Source: Bacteroidota bacterium (GTDB lineage Bacteria; Bacteroidota; Ignavibacteria; UBA10030). From it: DNA of 64,000 nt. Made by a program: the position numbers and the translations under genes. The stretch spans positions 2,102-66,101 of the forward strand of contig DAOOUW010000004.1 in assembly GCA_035390885.1 (NCBI GenBank). The letters run 5' to 3'. The notes beneath the pieces are model-generated. The model was not told the origin of the DNA and made no database searches. It worked only from the letters and a program-made list of their open reading frames with translations. Below, one piece after another: positions 23,273-34,245 of this stretch (positions within the stretch are counted from its first letter, which is position 1; each line of letters opens with the position of its first letter).

Positions 23273-24205
23273 ATGCAAAAAAAGATTCACCAGCAGAGTT
23301 CTGTTTCTTCTCCTCTTGAGGTAGAGAAAGAACAGTTTTTACTTTTTCTAAAGTTAGAAAAAAACGTTTCACTTCATACGCTTCAATCTTACTCGTTCGA
23401 CCTTTCGCATTTTATAACTTTTCTTGGACGTCGTTCAGTTAACGATGCACGGAATAGCACACCAGAAATTATTGCATCTTTCTTCGACCATCTTAAGAGT
23501 CAATATCTCTCTCCACGTTCTCAGGCACGGATGCTTTCTACTTTGAGAAGTTTTTACAAATATCTACTAGGGGAAGGGATTCTTTCAGACAACCCAATAG
23601 AACTCATCGATGCGCCTAAATTAGCAAAAACCTTACCATCTGTATTAACAATTTCAGAAATAGACTGGATTCTACAGCAACCAGATATTACGACTCCTTT
23701 AGGTATTCGAGATCGAGCGCTCTTTGAAACGCTCTATGCCACAGGCGTGCGTGTTTCGGAGGCGATAAATATCAAGCAAGCCGATTTACTCATTAACGAT
23801 GGATTTCTTTTGGTTTTTGGGAAGGGGTCAAAGGAACGTTTTGTACCAATTGGACGCTCTGCTTTAGAATGGATTCAACGGTATCAAAAAGAAAGTCGGC
23901 TTCAATTTGTATCGAAAAATAAATCGGGGGATTATTTATTTCTCAGTGTACGTGGGACCAAACTTACACGTTCGATGGTTTTCCGGTTAGTTCAAAAATA
24001 TTCTAAAGCAGCTGGAATCGAAAAAGAAGTTCATCCACACACATTTCGCCATTCATTTGCAACACACTTGCTAGAAGGTGGAGCTGATTTACGCGCTGTG
24101 CAGGAAATGTTAGGACACACTGATATTTCGACAACTCAAATTTATACTCATATCGATCGTGAATATTTGAAAGAGGTACATCGCACTTTTCATCCAAGAC
24201 AGTAA
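23273..24205 (+). CDS. xerD: Tyrosine site-specific recombinase XerC/XerD family.
   Basis: The C-terminal catalytic region 'HSFATHLLEGGADLRAVQEMLGHTDISTTQIYTHI' carries the R-H-R-Y signature residues. Confidence 0.85.
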   Translation: MQKKIHQQSSVSSPLEVEKEQFLLFLKLEKNVSLHTLQSYSFDLSHFITFLGRRSVNDARNSTPEIIASFFDHLKSQYLSPRSQARMLSTLRSFYKYLLGEGILSDNPIELIDAPKLAKTLPSVLTISEIDWILQQPDITTPLGIRDRALFETLYATGVRVSEAINIKQADLLINDGFLLVFGKGSKERFVPIGRSALEWIQRYQKESRLQFVSKNKSGDYLFLSVRGTKLTRSMVFRLVQKYSKAAGIEKEVHPHTFRHSFATHLLEGGADLRAVQEMLGHTDISTTQIYTHIDREYLKEVHRTFHPRQ

Positions 24206-24278
24206 TATTTTGGGTGCGAAAAATTTTTCTCTTTTGTTTCCATCATCATTGTGAATTTGCAACAGAATTTCGCTGTTC

Positions 24279-26486
24279 TCATTTCATCGTCATAATGAAT
24301 ACGCCATTCCAATCATCGGGCGGCGGAGTAATTTTATAGAGTTGTGCGCGCTCGATGTAGAGCTGAGCGACATAACATGTTTTATCAAGCGCCAGCGCTT
24401 GTTCCATGTAGGCAATTGCCTCGTCCCATTTTCGCTCACGATATAATCGTAGACCTTCGTGATATAATTCTAATGACTCTTTTTGTTGTGGAGTCATTTC
24501 CATTGGCGAAGGTCCAAGAGCTTCGAATACCTTCACAGGTTGGGATTTCCCTTTTACTTGAATTAGATCTAATTCCCGAACCGTAATTTTGCCTCTCACA
24601 TGGTCGTAGGTAAATTCACTAATCATAATTTTCGATTGGTACTGTTTATTTGCGCCTTCCAACCGTGATGCAAGATTAACGCTATCGCCAATCACGGTGT
24701 AATCGAAGCGGTCCCTGCCGCCCATATTCCCAACAATCATCACTCCTGTGTTAATTCCAATTCTTGATTCAATCGGAGGGCGGCGCTCTTTTGCCCATTT
24801 CATTCTCAGGTGCGCTAATCTATGTTGCATTTCTATCGCCGCCATACAAGCCCTCAAAGCATGGTCATCTTGAGGCAACGGCGCTCCCCAAAATGCCATG
24901 ATTGCATCGCCTTCATATTTATCGAGTGTACCATCATATTTGAGTATAATCCGGGTCATTTCATCGAGGTATTCATTGAGAATTTCTACCAATTGTTCTG
25001 GTTTGTTGTGGTACGGTTCAGCAATGTTTGTGAAATTTGCAATATCTGTAAAAAAGACTGTGAGTTCTCGTCGATCACCTCCCAGCTTTGCCTTCTCTGG
25101 ATTTGCAACCAATTCATTGACAACTGCTGGATTGATATAGTGGCTAAAAACATGTTTAATAAGAGCTTTCTGTTCTCGTTCAATTAAATATTGGTACACT
25201 ACGGCTCCGACGTATGCGAATACAATTGTAAGAGATGGATTAACAACATTCATGAGAATTTGTGAGGATGTAAAGACAAGGAGTGAAATTTCAACGACGA
25301 CGCCAATGAGGAGGAGAACAGCAATGAATGTTCCAATTTCAATCAACCAAACCCGACGTGTCCGTATCTGTTTTAGAGCGACAAAACCAAGAAATGAAAA
25401 AAGTCCCAGTACGAGAACAATGATTCTCTCGGTTGTTGCATCCATTTTCTTAATAAAAGAATTATCAATAACGTTCTGAATAGCTGTTGCATGGATTTCT
25501 ACTCCATGCATCGTATAGTTTTTCTTCCCACCTTCTTCCACATACAGTGGGACGTTATGGTAGTCGCGTTCTTCGGCCATCAATGAGCCAATGATAACAA
25601 TCTTATTCTTGAACAACTGTTTCATTCCCTCATCAAATGCATCAATTGATTCTCCTAATTCCAGTTCGTCTTTTGTTTGAAAAGAAGAATCATCGATGAC
25701 TTGAGAAAATGGAACATAACGGAAGGTTTGTACTGGACCATAGTAATTGAGGAGAAAACTTGTTTCATCATATTTTGGGATGGTTCGATCACGAAATACA
25801 AAATGTTCCGGCGTGATAGAAGGGCAAGAAAGAGGGGGAAGATTATATGCCGTGTTAAGAGCGGCAAATGCAAGAGTTGGCGTGAGCCAACCTCGTACAT
25901 CGAGCATTGGAAAATATGATCGGCAGATGTCATCGCGGTCTTTATGGATATTCACGACCCCAATATTTTTTGCATCATTGAAGAAAATATTATCATACGA
26001 TGGTTCCGTTGAACGTACAAGGGCTTTTTGAATTGCTGTTTGAGTCTCAACTTTTGTTGCAAGTACAACATTCGGGAATCGTTGTAGCGTTGCCCGGAAA
26101 ACACTATCGCCATAGGCTGTTTTTCCGGGTGATTCAAACGTTATATCAAATACAATCACACGAGCGCCTGCGGCGTTTAAATTCTCAACGACATGAGCGT
26201 AGTAATCGCGCGGAAAAGGAAAAGGTTCAACCATTCCTTTTAAATCATCATCTGAGATTCCGACAATGACTACATCGCCTCTATTTTTAAGATCGCGTTC
26301 ACTTCCAATTTTATTATATCTACTTTGATATCGTAAATCAATTGTCAGTAAATCTATATCGTTTAAGAATGGAATATCGACGATCCATCCTTCACAGAGA
26401 AGAAGCACTATCGCCCCAAGTCCAAGGCCAACAATAATTTTAATGAACTGCGGGAGAATTTTTTTCTTAAAGTCGTATGCTGTCAT
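24279..26486 (-). CDS. CHASE2-sensor adenylate/guanylate cyclase with a C-terminal TPR region.
   Basis: An N-terminal periplasmic CHASE2-like region lies between TM segments. Class III cyclase blocks are 'LTVFFTDIANFT' and 'KYEGDAIMAFWGAP'. The C-terminal 'LYHEGLRLYRERKWDEAIAYMEQALALD' is TPR-like. Confidence 0.7.
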   Translation of the reverse strand: MTAYDFKKKILPQFIKIIVGLGLGAIVLLLCEGWIVDIPFLNDIDLLTIDLRYQSRYNKIGSERDLKNRGDVVIVGISDDDLKGMVEPFPFPRDYYAHVVENLNAAGARVIVFDITFESPGKTAYGDSVFRATLQRFPNVVLATKVETQTAIQKALVRSTEPSYDNIFFNDAKNIGVVNIHKDRDDICRSYFPMLDVRGWLTPTLAFAALNTAYNLPPLSCPSITPEHFVFRDRTIPKYDETSFLLNYYGPVQTFRYVPFSQVIDDSSFQTKDELELGESIDAFDEGMKQLFKNKIVIIGSLMAEERDYHNVPLYVEEGGKKNYTMHGVEIHATAIQNVIDNSFIKKMDATTERIIVLVLGLFSFLGFVALKQIRTRRVWLIEIGTFIAVLLLIGVVVEISLLVFTSSQILMNVVNPSLTIVFAYVGAVVYQYLIEREQKALIKHVFSHYINPAVVNELVANPEKAKLGGDRRELTVFFTDIANFTNIAEPYHNKPEQLVEILNEYLDEMTRIILKYDGTLDKYEGDAIMAFWGAPLPQDDHALRACMAAIEMQHRLAHLRMKWAKERRPPIESRIGINTGVMIVGNMGGRDRFDYTVIGDSVNLASRLEGANKQYQSKIMISEFTYDHVRGKITVRELDLIQVKGKSQPVKVFEALGPSPMEMTPQQKESLELYHEGLRLYRERKWDEAIAYMEQALALDKTCYVAQLYIERAQLYKITPPPDDWNGVFIMTMK

Positions 26487-26519
26487 AGTAAGCTTTCCTC
26501 TTAATGGACTGGTAAAATG

Positions 26520-29090
26520 TTAAAAAAGAAATCGATAGATAATTCCTGCAACAATATCGGTTGGCCTTCCGGGATAATGAAGGAATGAAAACTCTGCAGT
26601 TACAAAATGATGTTCAATTGGTTCATACTCAGCGCCACATTGAATAAGCGTTCGACGGAAATCCCCAAATGATGGAGAGTAAGTTCCAATAATGTTCAAT
26701 GTATTTTCGAACAAACGATATCGAGCGCTGAGAGTAAGTGATTGATAATCGAAAGGCATTTCTATCTTCGTTGGAAGATAAGCTCCAACGGAATCCTGTT
26801 GGGCGAGGTAGCTAGTATTCTGACTGATGGCAAGTCCAATTGTTGTTTGAAGTGGAATTTTGTAAAGAGAAGTAAGAGATGCAGAAACATTCAGATTATC
26901 CTGGTCGCGATGATAGAAGGTTTTATCGGTCTTCTGAGCAATAGACGCCGTTACGGTGAACGTTTGCCTGCCATAAAAAGAAAAATCGTAATTCATTCCA
27001 ATGTAGTATCGGTTTGTAATTTCATCGGCGGTATTCAACATTTTATCATCAGGAGCAAACACATAGAGAGAACGATAGAGCGCCGCAGTTGCAGAATCAG
27101 CAGGGAGGCGACTTTCTCTGAGCAGTGGTTTGTTTAGTCGATAATATTCTGAAAGATCAACGTCATTTTTTCTTGTATAGAATCCATATCCAAGCGTAAA
27201 GGATGGTAAACGTCTGCCGGGAAAAACTGTAGCTGATGTTGAGAGTGTGTTAAAGTCTGTCGTGGGAACGGATTCATCGTGGAGAGTATTATTGGATTTC
27301 ATTTCATACGCAACACTTAAGAGCAATTTATTTTTCAACAATCGAATCCTATCAGAAAGATTTATTCCTTCCACATCGGTCTGAACGAAATCATTACCAA
27401 AAGAAACGTATGATATTCCGCGCCGAAATGCAAAGAGACGTACGTAGTTGTTAAAATAGTTAAGCGAAAGTTCAGACTCTACTGCAGTTGAAGGCAGATG
27501 GCTAATTGGATCGAGTGGCGAGAGGTATTCATTGATAGTAATGATTGATCTTCCAATTGATGCAATTTTTTTCAAGTCGTCTGCGTCTTTTTTAGCATCC
27601 TTGAGCTCCGAAGGAGTTCTTGTTGTATCATAAACTCCGCTAATGGAATCAATCGCCGCATCGGAAAGGTTTCCACTGGTAATATCATTATTCAAGAGAC
27701 TCATAGCAACTTGCGTAGTCCATCGTATACGCTGGTTATCGAATGCAACAACAAAATCGGTTCCTGCAACAATATTTTCATGCGGATAAACACCATAACG
27801 AATAGAATTGATGTCATCCTTTGCTTTTACAAAATTAAAACCTATCTGGAATTTTTCTCCACTTCCAAAGCTCGGACGAACTGCTAAGAAAGAGCGTGTA
27901 AATGTTCCAGGTTCAAAGAGTCTATAGGTTAAACCACTGATAGGAAGCGACTCCTTCGGGCGACTCGCAGCTGTAGATGAATCAACATACGTTGTGTCGC
28001 CGATAACCTTGCCCTCGATCTTTCGTTCAGTATGCCCCCAGCTCATATCGAGATTGAAAAAGCCAAGCGCTAATGAACCTGAAACTCCACGTACACGCTT
28101 TCCACTGACAAAGAGCGAAGGAAATACCGGATAGGCATCCCCAAGTTGAACCTTTGCATACTTTGATGCTTGAAAAGAGGCAAGATAACGATTTTGTGGT
28201 TGAAGAGTAGATTTATCTTCGTTTGTAAGATGAAGATCAAGACTCCCTGAATAGAGTTTTGCCGAGCCGTTTGCCTGAATATCGCCACGAATAAACGTTG
28301 TCGAATTCTCGTCAATGTATTCGTTGCGAACTTCTAACTGAGCGCTGCCATTGTACTGAAACGAACGTTCTCTCTCTTCCAGAGCGGTAGCAGTCGAAAG
28401 ATTGAAAGATGTTGTTTTTGTATAGTACGGTTTTCCAGTCGTATCATAAAGTTGAATAGTAATAGAGTGCGCGCCCAACTCTAATTGTTTACCCGTTGCA
28501 GTTGGATTGAAGAGGATCACCTCATCAGAAATAATTACGCTGGAGGTAACGTCAATTCCATCAAGGTATAAACGTGTTCTTTTTGTGTCGACTGCATCGG
28601 AAGTATAGAGCAATGAGACTGCAACAACTAAATCTTCTGCTGCAACGGTTTCTCCCTGTTCAGGGCTTAACATTTTAATTTCTGCATCTTTTGGGTCAAC
28701 CGTTTCTACGGTAATTCTTAATGGATTCCCTTCAGGATTTTCTGCTGGATAGAATGCTACTTTATCCGGCATTTGAATCATAATATAGTATTCAATAAAA
28801 GGAGCAGTAACCAGTTTAGAAGGAACTGTCGCAACAGCAACACGTCCAGAAAGGAACATCTCGAGTTCCTTGAATTCGCTTTCACCGAATCCACGAACGA
28901 ACAATTGCGCTTTTTGAACTTGAGCGCTTTGTGTCAAACGAATGCTCACGGAAAGAGGTTCGTGTTCTTTTGCTTGCGATGTTCGTACTTCGCTTATGTA
29001 AGCGCTCCCCTGCGCATAAAGCGCATCGCTCTGTAAACAAACAACACAAAATAAGAGAATAGAAAAGTACTTCCATACCTTGAAAAGCAT
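26520..29090 (-). CDS. Large hypothetical outer-membrane protein. The ORF-track GTG start at 29141 is probably upstream of the true ATG start.
   Basis: The signal peptide 'MLFKVWKYFSILLFCVVCLQSDALYAQG' follows the ATG at 29090. There are N-terminal Ig-like regions and a C-terminal beta-barrel-like region ending '...IIYRFLF'. No POTRA repeats were recognised. Confidence 0.45.
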   Translation of the reverse strand: MLFKVWKYFSILLFCVVCLQSDALYAQGSAYISEVRTSQAKEHEPLSVSIRLTQSAQVQKAQLFVRGFGESEFKELEMFLSGRVAVATVPSKLVTAPFIEYYIMIQMPDKVAFYPAENPEGNPLRITVETVDPKDAEIKMLSPEQGETVAAEDLVVAVSLLYTSDAVDTKRTRLYLDGIDVTSSVIISDEVILFNPTATGKQLELGAHSITIQLYDTTGKPYYTKTTSFNLSTATALEERERSFQYNGSAQLEVRNEYIDENSTTFIRGDIQANGSAKLYSGSLDLHLTNEDKSTLQPQNRYLASFQASKYAKVQLGDAYPVFPSLFVSGKRVRGVSGSLALGFFNLDMSWGHTERKIEGKVIGDTTYVDSSTAASRPKESLPISGLTYRLFEPGTFTRSFLAVRPSFGSGEKFQIGFNFVKAKDDINSIRYGVYPHENIVAGTDFVVAFDNQRIRWTTQVAMSLLNNDITSGNLSDAAIDSISGVYDTTRTPSELKDAKKDADDLKKIASIGRSIITINEYLSPLDPISHLPSTAVESELSLNYFNNYVRLFAFRRGISYVSFGNDFVQTDVEGINLSDRIRLLKNKLLLSVAYEMKSNNTLHDESVPTTDFNTLSTSATVFPGRRLPSFTLGYGFYTRKNDVDLSEYYRLNKPLLRESRLPADSATAALYRSLYVFAPDDKMLNTADEITNRYYIGMNYDFSFYGRQTFTVTASIAQKTDKTFYHRDQDNLNVSASLTSLYKIPLQTTIGLAISQNTSYLAQQDSVGAYLPTKIEMPFDYQSLTLSARYRLFENTLNIIGTYSPSFGDFRRTLIQCGAEYEPIEHHFVTAEFSFLHYPGRPTDIVAGIIYRFLF

Positions 29091-29216
29091 ATGCACCCCA
29101 CAAAATATTGTTGAAATTTTTTTGGAAAATATTCCGCACACAAATAAAACGGCGGGCGCCTCTAAGATGTAATCATCCGCCGTTTATCATTCTTTCATTT
29201 TAGATTTTCACAGAGC

Positions 29217-30263
29217 TTATTCATCCCATTTGATTATGAGTACTTTCTTTTGAAGAGATCCAGTTTGCCCTGGAATTCGCAATTCATGATGAATTGGCTC
29301 TACATTGACAGCCGCAGGAGTTGTTGAACCTCCTTCTGGCATTGTCATCGTTGAACCGTCCGCTAACGTGAAAACCAAATAGTATTCAAGTTTCGGATAT
29401 TGAATATACTTCCCTTCAATTTTTCCTGTTGCTTGTCTACCCGCAATAGTGAGCGGCATATCAATAAATTCTGGCTCATTCATTTTCCGATGATAGAAAT
29501 GGACAGCAGCAGCGTTGACAACCTTAATTTGATCGAGGTTTATTTTTACAAATGCATCTTGTGTAGATTTGAGTTTACTGAAATTTACCCCCGGCAGAGT
29601 CGATTGCTGCCCTTCTCCTTTGTCAGGCTGTTCTTCTTGAATATTCTGGCCTTGATCGATGTCCGACAGTTCATCCTCGCTTGCGGCGTCTACCTGTAAA
29701 TTGCCAGACGTATCAGCGGTACCTCTTTGTCCACTGCCTACATTCATTCTTCGCCCGCTTAATAGGTTTGTAAATTCAGCTAATCCTTCTCTGATAATAA
29801 GATTATCTTCACTTCCACTTGTTCTCAAACTCCCTTGTGTCCCACGTATCGAAGCAACAGATATTGGAGTAGAAAAACGAAATTGTTCTGTTTCAGCCTT
29901 CTTAACATTGAATAAGAGATTTCCTTGAGCCATATGAACTTCGCGATTTATAATCTGTTTTCCTTGCACTTCGCCACGAATTGTAACAATAGATTTCTCT
30001 CGAACAATCAATTTCGATTGATCGGCAAAGAGAATCATTACAAGAGAGTTTTTATCTGTCTTTATTTCATACCCTGATTTCAATTGACTCAATGGAACAG
30101 CTTTTTCCCAGCTCTTTGAAGGCGCACGCATATCAACATCGCGAATTACTTTGACAATGTACGCAGTGATATCCTTTGTTTCTTTCTGATTGCTTTGTCC
30201 AAGAACCAACCATGGGGAAATTATAATCATCAAAAATAACATGTTTAGCTTTTTCATTGTCAT
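29217..30263 (-). CDS. Secreted FecR-domain-like protein.
   Basis: It has a signal peptide. The N-terminal region resembles FecR/PF04773 ('YEIKTDKNSLVMILFADQSKLIVREKSIVTIRG'). No ECF sigma gene is adjacent. Confidence 0.4.
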   Translation of the reverse strand: MTMKKLNMLFLMIIISPWLVLGQSNQKETKDITAYIVKVIRDVDMRAPSKSWEKAVPLSQLKSGYEIKTDKNSLVMILFADQSKLIVREKSIVTIRGEVQGKQIINREVHMAQGNLLFNVKKAETEQFRFSTPISVASIRGTQGSLRTSGSEDNLIIREGLAEFTNLLSGRRMNVGSGQRGTADTSGNLQVDAASEDELSDIDQGQNIQEEQPDKGEGQQSTLPGVNFSKLKSTQDAFVKINLDQIKVVNAAAVHFYHRKMNEPEFIDMPLTIAGRQATGKIEGKYIQYPKLEYYLVFTLADGSTMTMPEGGSTTPAAVNVEPIHHELRIPGQTGSLQKKVLIIKWDE

Positions 30264-30271
30264 GCCCTCCT

Positions 30272-31423
30272 CTATCGGTTCTCAATACTGATAGAAATAT
30301 TCGCACCTTGTTGCTGACTCAATGATGTCAAGAGCGTTTCAAGGTCTTCCGCTGTGATAATTTTACCATCGAGCATCATAACTCCATAAGATTGCCATGG
30401 AACCCAATTCGACGGTTCTGATCGAAGTTGAGTGTATGTTGAGGCCGCCTCCGAAGGTTGACTGCTAAAGAATTTATCCAGAATTCCACCGATTCGATCG
30501 TTGGTAATTCGGAAGAGAATTGGCTTACTTGGGCGTTCAACAACACCGCGATTCGTTGTTACCAGTGCGCTCGCTTGAACGACATAGGCTTTTTCATATT
30601 CTAATTTTCGTTCGGCATCAGCTGGATAGATAAGCGTTGTTGTTCCTGTTACTTTTCGCACAAGGCATGGATGGGCTGCAGAAACAGCGTCTTGCATCGA
30701 ACGATGTCCCTGTCCAACTTCGTACACGCGAACAATAACTTCATTTGCAGTTGTCGTCCATACGAAGGTGGGAGTTAAGGTCGAGAGCACACTCCCTTGA
30801 GTTGGTTCGATAACTTCAACTATGGTTTCCTCGACATTACTTTGACTAATAACGATTGTTTTTTCTGCCGAGCCTAACACATTGCCGCGGGAATTTTTTG
30901 CTCTCATTACCACTTTGTACATGCCAGGTGGTATAGTTACTGTCGTCTGCGCAAGATCTTCAAGACGTTTTCTCAGTTTTGTGTTCTCATAGTAGAAATC
31001 ATCATGAAGCACCTTAATGTCTTGTGTAGCAGACTCATTAGCAAAATCGCGTGCCGATAACGTACGATGCCCTGGCACTTTGAATTTATTCGTTCTTCCT
31101 CGGACTAGTACATCGCTGCTTGGATCGCCTTGCAATTGAACGATTACTTCTGCTTCCACAAACAGATCGCCTGTTCCACCAGCAGGGTCAACTACATCAA
31201 TATCAATTGAAACGCCTGAAATGGTTGGACTTAACTTTTGAGAGCGGACATCAATGAAGTCTGCAAGATAAGCCATTTGATAGTCAGGTGCATTAATGGT
31301 AATGTCTACCTTATTGATAACATTAATAGGCATTACCTCTTGAGCAACCAAGCCATTGAAACACAACAAGAAAATCCCACACAGAAGTGTGTTCAGTCTT
31401 CCAAAACTTTTGGCGTGAACCAT
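30272..31423 (-). CDS. Hypothetical secreted protein.
   Basis: Signal peptide with no recognisable motif. It is co-directional with and adjacent to rseP. Confidence 0.35.
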   Translation of the reverse strand: MVHAKSFGRLNTLLCGIFLLCFNGLVAQEVMPINVINKVDITINAPDYQMAYLADFIDVRSQKLSPTISGVSIDIDVVDPAGGTGDLFVEAEVIVQLQGDPSSDVLVRGRTNKFKVPGHRTLSARDFANESATQDIKVLHDDFYYENTKLRKRLEDLAQTTVTIPPGMYKVVMRAKNSRGNVLGSAEKTIVISQSNVEETIVEVIEPTQGSVLSTLTPTFVWTTTANEVIVRVYEVGQGHRSMQDAVSAAHPCLVRKVTGTTTLIYPADAERKLEYEKAYVVQASALVTTNRGVVERPSKPILFRITNDRIGGILDKFFSSQPSEAASTYTQLRSEPSNWVPWQSYGVMMLDGKIITAEDLETLLTSLSQQQGANISISIENR

Positions 31424-31515
31424 AGGAAACCTCCTTATATAATTTATAAATGCATCTTTAAAGTAGTATTCAACATTCTATTTCCCCTTGAGAAAGATCA
31501 CGTATGTGAGATGTA

Positions 31516-32829
31516 TCAAAAATTCACAATATCATTATAGATGACAAATATCATTAACACAAGTAAAAGCGTAATTCCAACTTGTTGAAGAACAATTTTG
31601 ACTTTGTCAGGTACAGGACGTCTGAAAATTGCTTCGAATAGTACAAACATCAAATGCCCACCGTCGAGACCGGGAAACGGTAAGATATTCAACAACGCCA
31701 AACTTACACTGAGCAATGCTACAAATCCAAGGAATGATACAGCTCCGCTTTCTGCTGAGCGGTTTGCTAACTGAGCAATTTTGATTGGTCCGCCGACTGA
31801 TTTGGAGAACGATACTTTTCCTACAATAATTTGAGATATATTGACTAAAAAGAGCTTCGTTGTTCCATACACTTCTCGGATACTGATCGGAAGAGCTTCG
31901 ATCAAGCCATAGTTTTCGTGAACTTGCGGTCCTGTATATCCCATCTCCAGCATAACGCCAATTCTGCCTTCTTCGGTAGGGGTAACCTTAGCTTCCTTAA
32001 TTTCGTTCTGATGTTTCCACGTGATTGTAATTTCTTTCCCTGCATTCTTTTGGATTATCTCTGATAGCGCACTAAAGTGAACTGGATTCCCGTTAACGGC
32101 AAGGATTGTATCACCTGCCGCCATTCCTGCTTTTGCAGCGGGTTTTCCATTGTCCACAACTCCTATCACTGGCACAAGTCCTACAGGCATAATTCCTAAT
32201 CGTTCATCGACCATATTGGGAATCTCTGCTTGCGGAATTTTTATTACTTGTGGTTCATTTCCTCGAATGAATTGTATTTCGAGAGTCGGAGCAAGATTTT
32301 CAGTAAATAAGAGATTTTCGATATCATCCCATTTGTTTACCGGTTTATTATTAATAGAAATGATTTTATCGTGTACCTGGAAACCAACTTTTTCTGCTAC
32401 ACTGTTTGGTTTGATGTATCCAATTTCAGTTACAGGATAAATTACGCGTCCCTGATAAAAAATTATCCCCCAGAAAATTATGATAGCGAGAATCACATTC
32501 ATCAGTACTCCTGCAGAGAGTACGATTGCTTGTTGCCAGAGCGGCTTCGCTCTAAATTCCCAAGGTTGAGGCTCTCGATTTAGAAATTCTGTATCGAGAC
32601 TCTCGTCAATCATTCCAGAAATTTTTACATATCCACCAATTGGAACCCACGAAACGCAATAATCTGTTTCACCAATCTTTTTCCCAAAGGCGCGAGGCGG
32701 AAAGCCAATGCTAAATGTCTCGACTCTCATTTTGAAGAGCTTTGCTGTAATAAAATGTCCGAATTCATGAACAAGTACAAGAACTCCAATAGTAATAATG
32801 AAATAAAAAATCATGCTTACAATTTCCAT
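31516..32829 (-). CDS. rseP: RIP site-2 zinc metalloprotease.
   Basis: 'HEFGHFITAK' is the HExxH motif, and the PDZ domain and C-terminal 'LPFPGLDGGH' motif are present. It lies downstream of dxr, which is the canonical synteny. Confidence 0.85.
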   Translation of the reverse strand: MEIVSMIFYFIITIGVLVLVHEFGHFITAKLFKMRVETFSIGFPPRAFGKKIGETDYCVSWVPIGGYVKISGMIDESLDTEFLNREPQPWEFRAKPLWQQAIVLSAGVLMNVILAIIIFWGIIFYQGRVIYPVTEIGYIKPNSVAEKVGFQVHDKIISINNKPVNKWDDIENLLFTENLAPTLEIQFIRGNEPQVIKIPQAEIPNMVDERLGIMPVGLVPVIGVVDNGKPAAKAGMAAGDTILAVNGNPVHFSALSEIIQKNAGKEITITWKHQNEIKEAKVTPTEEGRIGVMLEMGYTGPQVHENYGLIEALPISIREVYGTTKLFLVNISQIIVGKVSFSKSVGGPIKIAQLANRSAESGAVSFLGFVALLSVSLALLNILPFPGLDGGHLMFVLFEAIFRRPVPDKVKIVLQQVGITLLLVLMIFVIYNDIVNF

Positions 32830-32867
32830 AGAATCTTTCTTTCTCTTTTTAACAGTAATAAAAAAAT

Positions 32868-34019
32868 TTACACTAAAGTTCTCACAAATTTACGTGTGGC
32901 AATATCGGCTTCAATGGTATTTTCAATTTCTAGCGTACGGTGGTTGGCTTGGGCTGCCATTGCTTGCTCTATCAATTGAGGGATTGTATCGAATGAAATT
33001 TTCCTCTCTAAAAAAGCCTGCACTGCAATTTCATTGGCAGCGTTCATCACTGCAGGCGCTGTGCCGCCAATGGAAAGCGCATCATAGGCAAGTTGAAGGC
33101 AGCGGAACTTCGTTCGATCAGGTTCGAAGAACGTCATTGCATGAAGTTTTGGAAAATTGACATGCGGTACATTCAGCGGCATTCTCTCCGGATAGGTAAG
33201 GGCATATTGAATTGGAATTTTCATATCTGGCAAACCTATCTGTGCTTTAATCGAACCATCGATGAATTCAACCATCGAATGGATAATAGATTGTGGATGA
33301 ATAACAACATCGATGTTCTCGGTAGGAATTCCAAACAGCCAGTATGCTTCGATTACTTCCAGACCTTTATTCATCAGCGTTGCAGAATCAATCGTTATTT
33401 TATTTCCCATTTTCCAGTTTGGATGCTTCAGCGCTTCTTCAACAGTAATACCATGAAATTTTTCAATTGGCGTGTTGAGAAATGGTCCACCCGAGGCTGT
33501 AAGGATAATTCGCTTAAGCTGTGTTCTATCCTCTCCAACAAGGCATTGAAAAATAGCGCTATGTTCGCTATCGATAGGCAGAATCCGAACATTGTACTCT
33601 TTTGCAAGAGCTGTTACAATTGCGCCAGCAACAACGAGCGTCTCCTTATTGGCAAGCGCTATTTGTTTTCGATGTTGTATTGCTTCGACCGTTGGCTTGA
33701 GTCCTGCAAAACCAACAAGAGCATTGAGCACGATATCAACATCATCCCGACGTACTACTTCAAGAAGTCCCTTGACACCAGATAGTACTTCTACATTGCT
33801 AACCCGTTGACGAAGACGTTGCGCTTGCTGTTCATCTAAGACAACCACGCCACGAGGGTGAAACCTGGAAATTTGATCCTCTAGAAGATCGATGTTTACA
33901 TTGGTCGTAAGATATGTAACTCGAAATTGTTCTGGCAATGCGCCAAGCACAACCAGACTATTGCGACCAATTGAACCCGTAGAGCCTAAAATTGCAATAT
34001 TTCTTTGTTTACTACTCAT
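32868..34019 (-). CDS. dxr: 1-deoxy-D-xylulose-5-phosphate reductoisomerase.
   Basis: The N-terminal NADPH-binding 'ILGSTGSIGRNSL' block fits Dxr, as do the 383-aa length and conserved Dxr core. Confidence 0.9.
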   Translation of the reverse strand: MSSKQRNIAILGSTGSIGRNSLVVLGALPEQFRVTYLTTNVNIDLLEDQISRFHPRGVVVLDEQQAQRLRQRVSNVEVLSGVKGLLEVVRRDDVDIVLNALVGFAGLKPTVEAIQHRKQIALANKETLVVAGAIVTALAKEYNVRILPIDSEHSAIFQCLVGEDRTQLKRIILTASGGPFLNTPIEKFHGITVEEALKHPNWKMGNKITIDSATLMNKGLEVIEAYWLFGIPTENIDVVIHPQSIIHSMVEFIDGSIKAQIGLPDMKIPIQYALTYPERMPLNVPHVNFPKLHAMTFFEPDRTKFRCLQLAYDALSIGGTAPAVMNAANEIAVQAFLERKISFDTIPQLIEQAMAAQANHRTLEIENTIEADIATRKFVRTLV

Positions 34020-34245
34020 TTCATTTCCAAAGTACCGAAATTAGGAAGTGTTGTCAAGCGCACCGAATTGGAAGCAAATCTACAATCGGTCAAGAAAATT
34101 AAGCATAGAAATATAGTGAAATTTTATACCATTCGTTGGACTATGGCAATAAGCAAATAGCTAATTAGCGAGCTATCGGCATTTGTTTCTGTGCTTTTAA
34201 ATTGTATGACAAAGCTTAACAAAATGTATGGTTGAGATCAACTCT

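Noticed and set aside
26520-29141. The large OM protein downstream of rseP interpreted as BamA.
   Set aside because: Synteny suggests bamA, but I could not recognise POTRA repeats or the BamA barrel motifs. The N-terminal part looks Ig-like. It is kept as a hypothetical OM protein.
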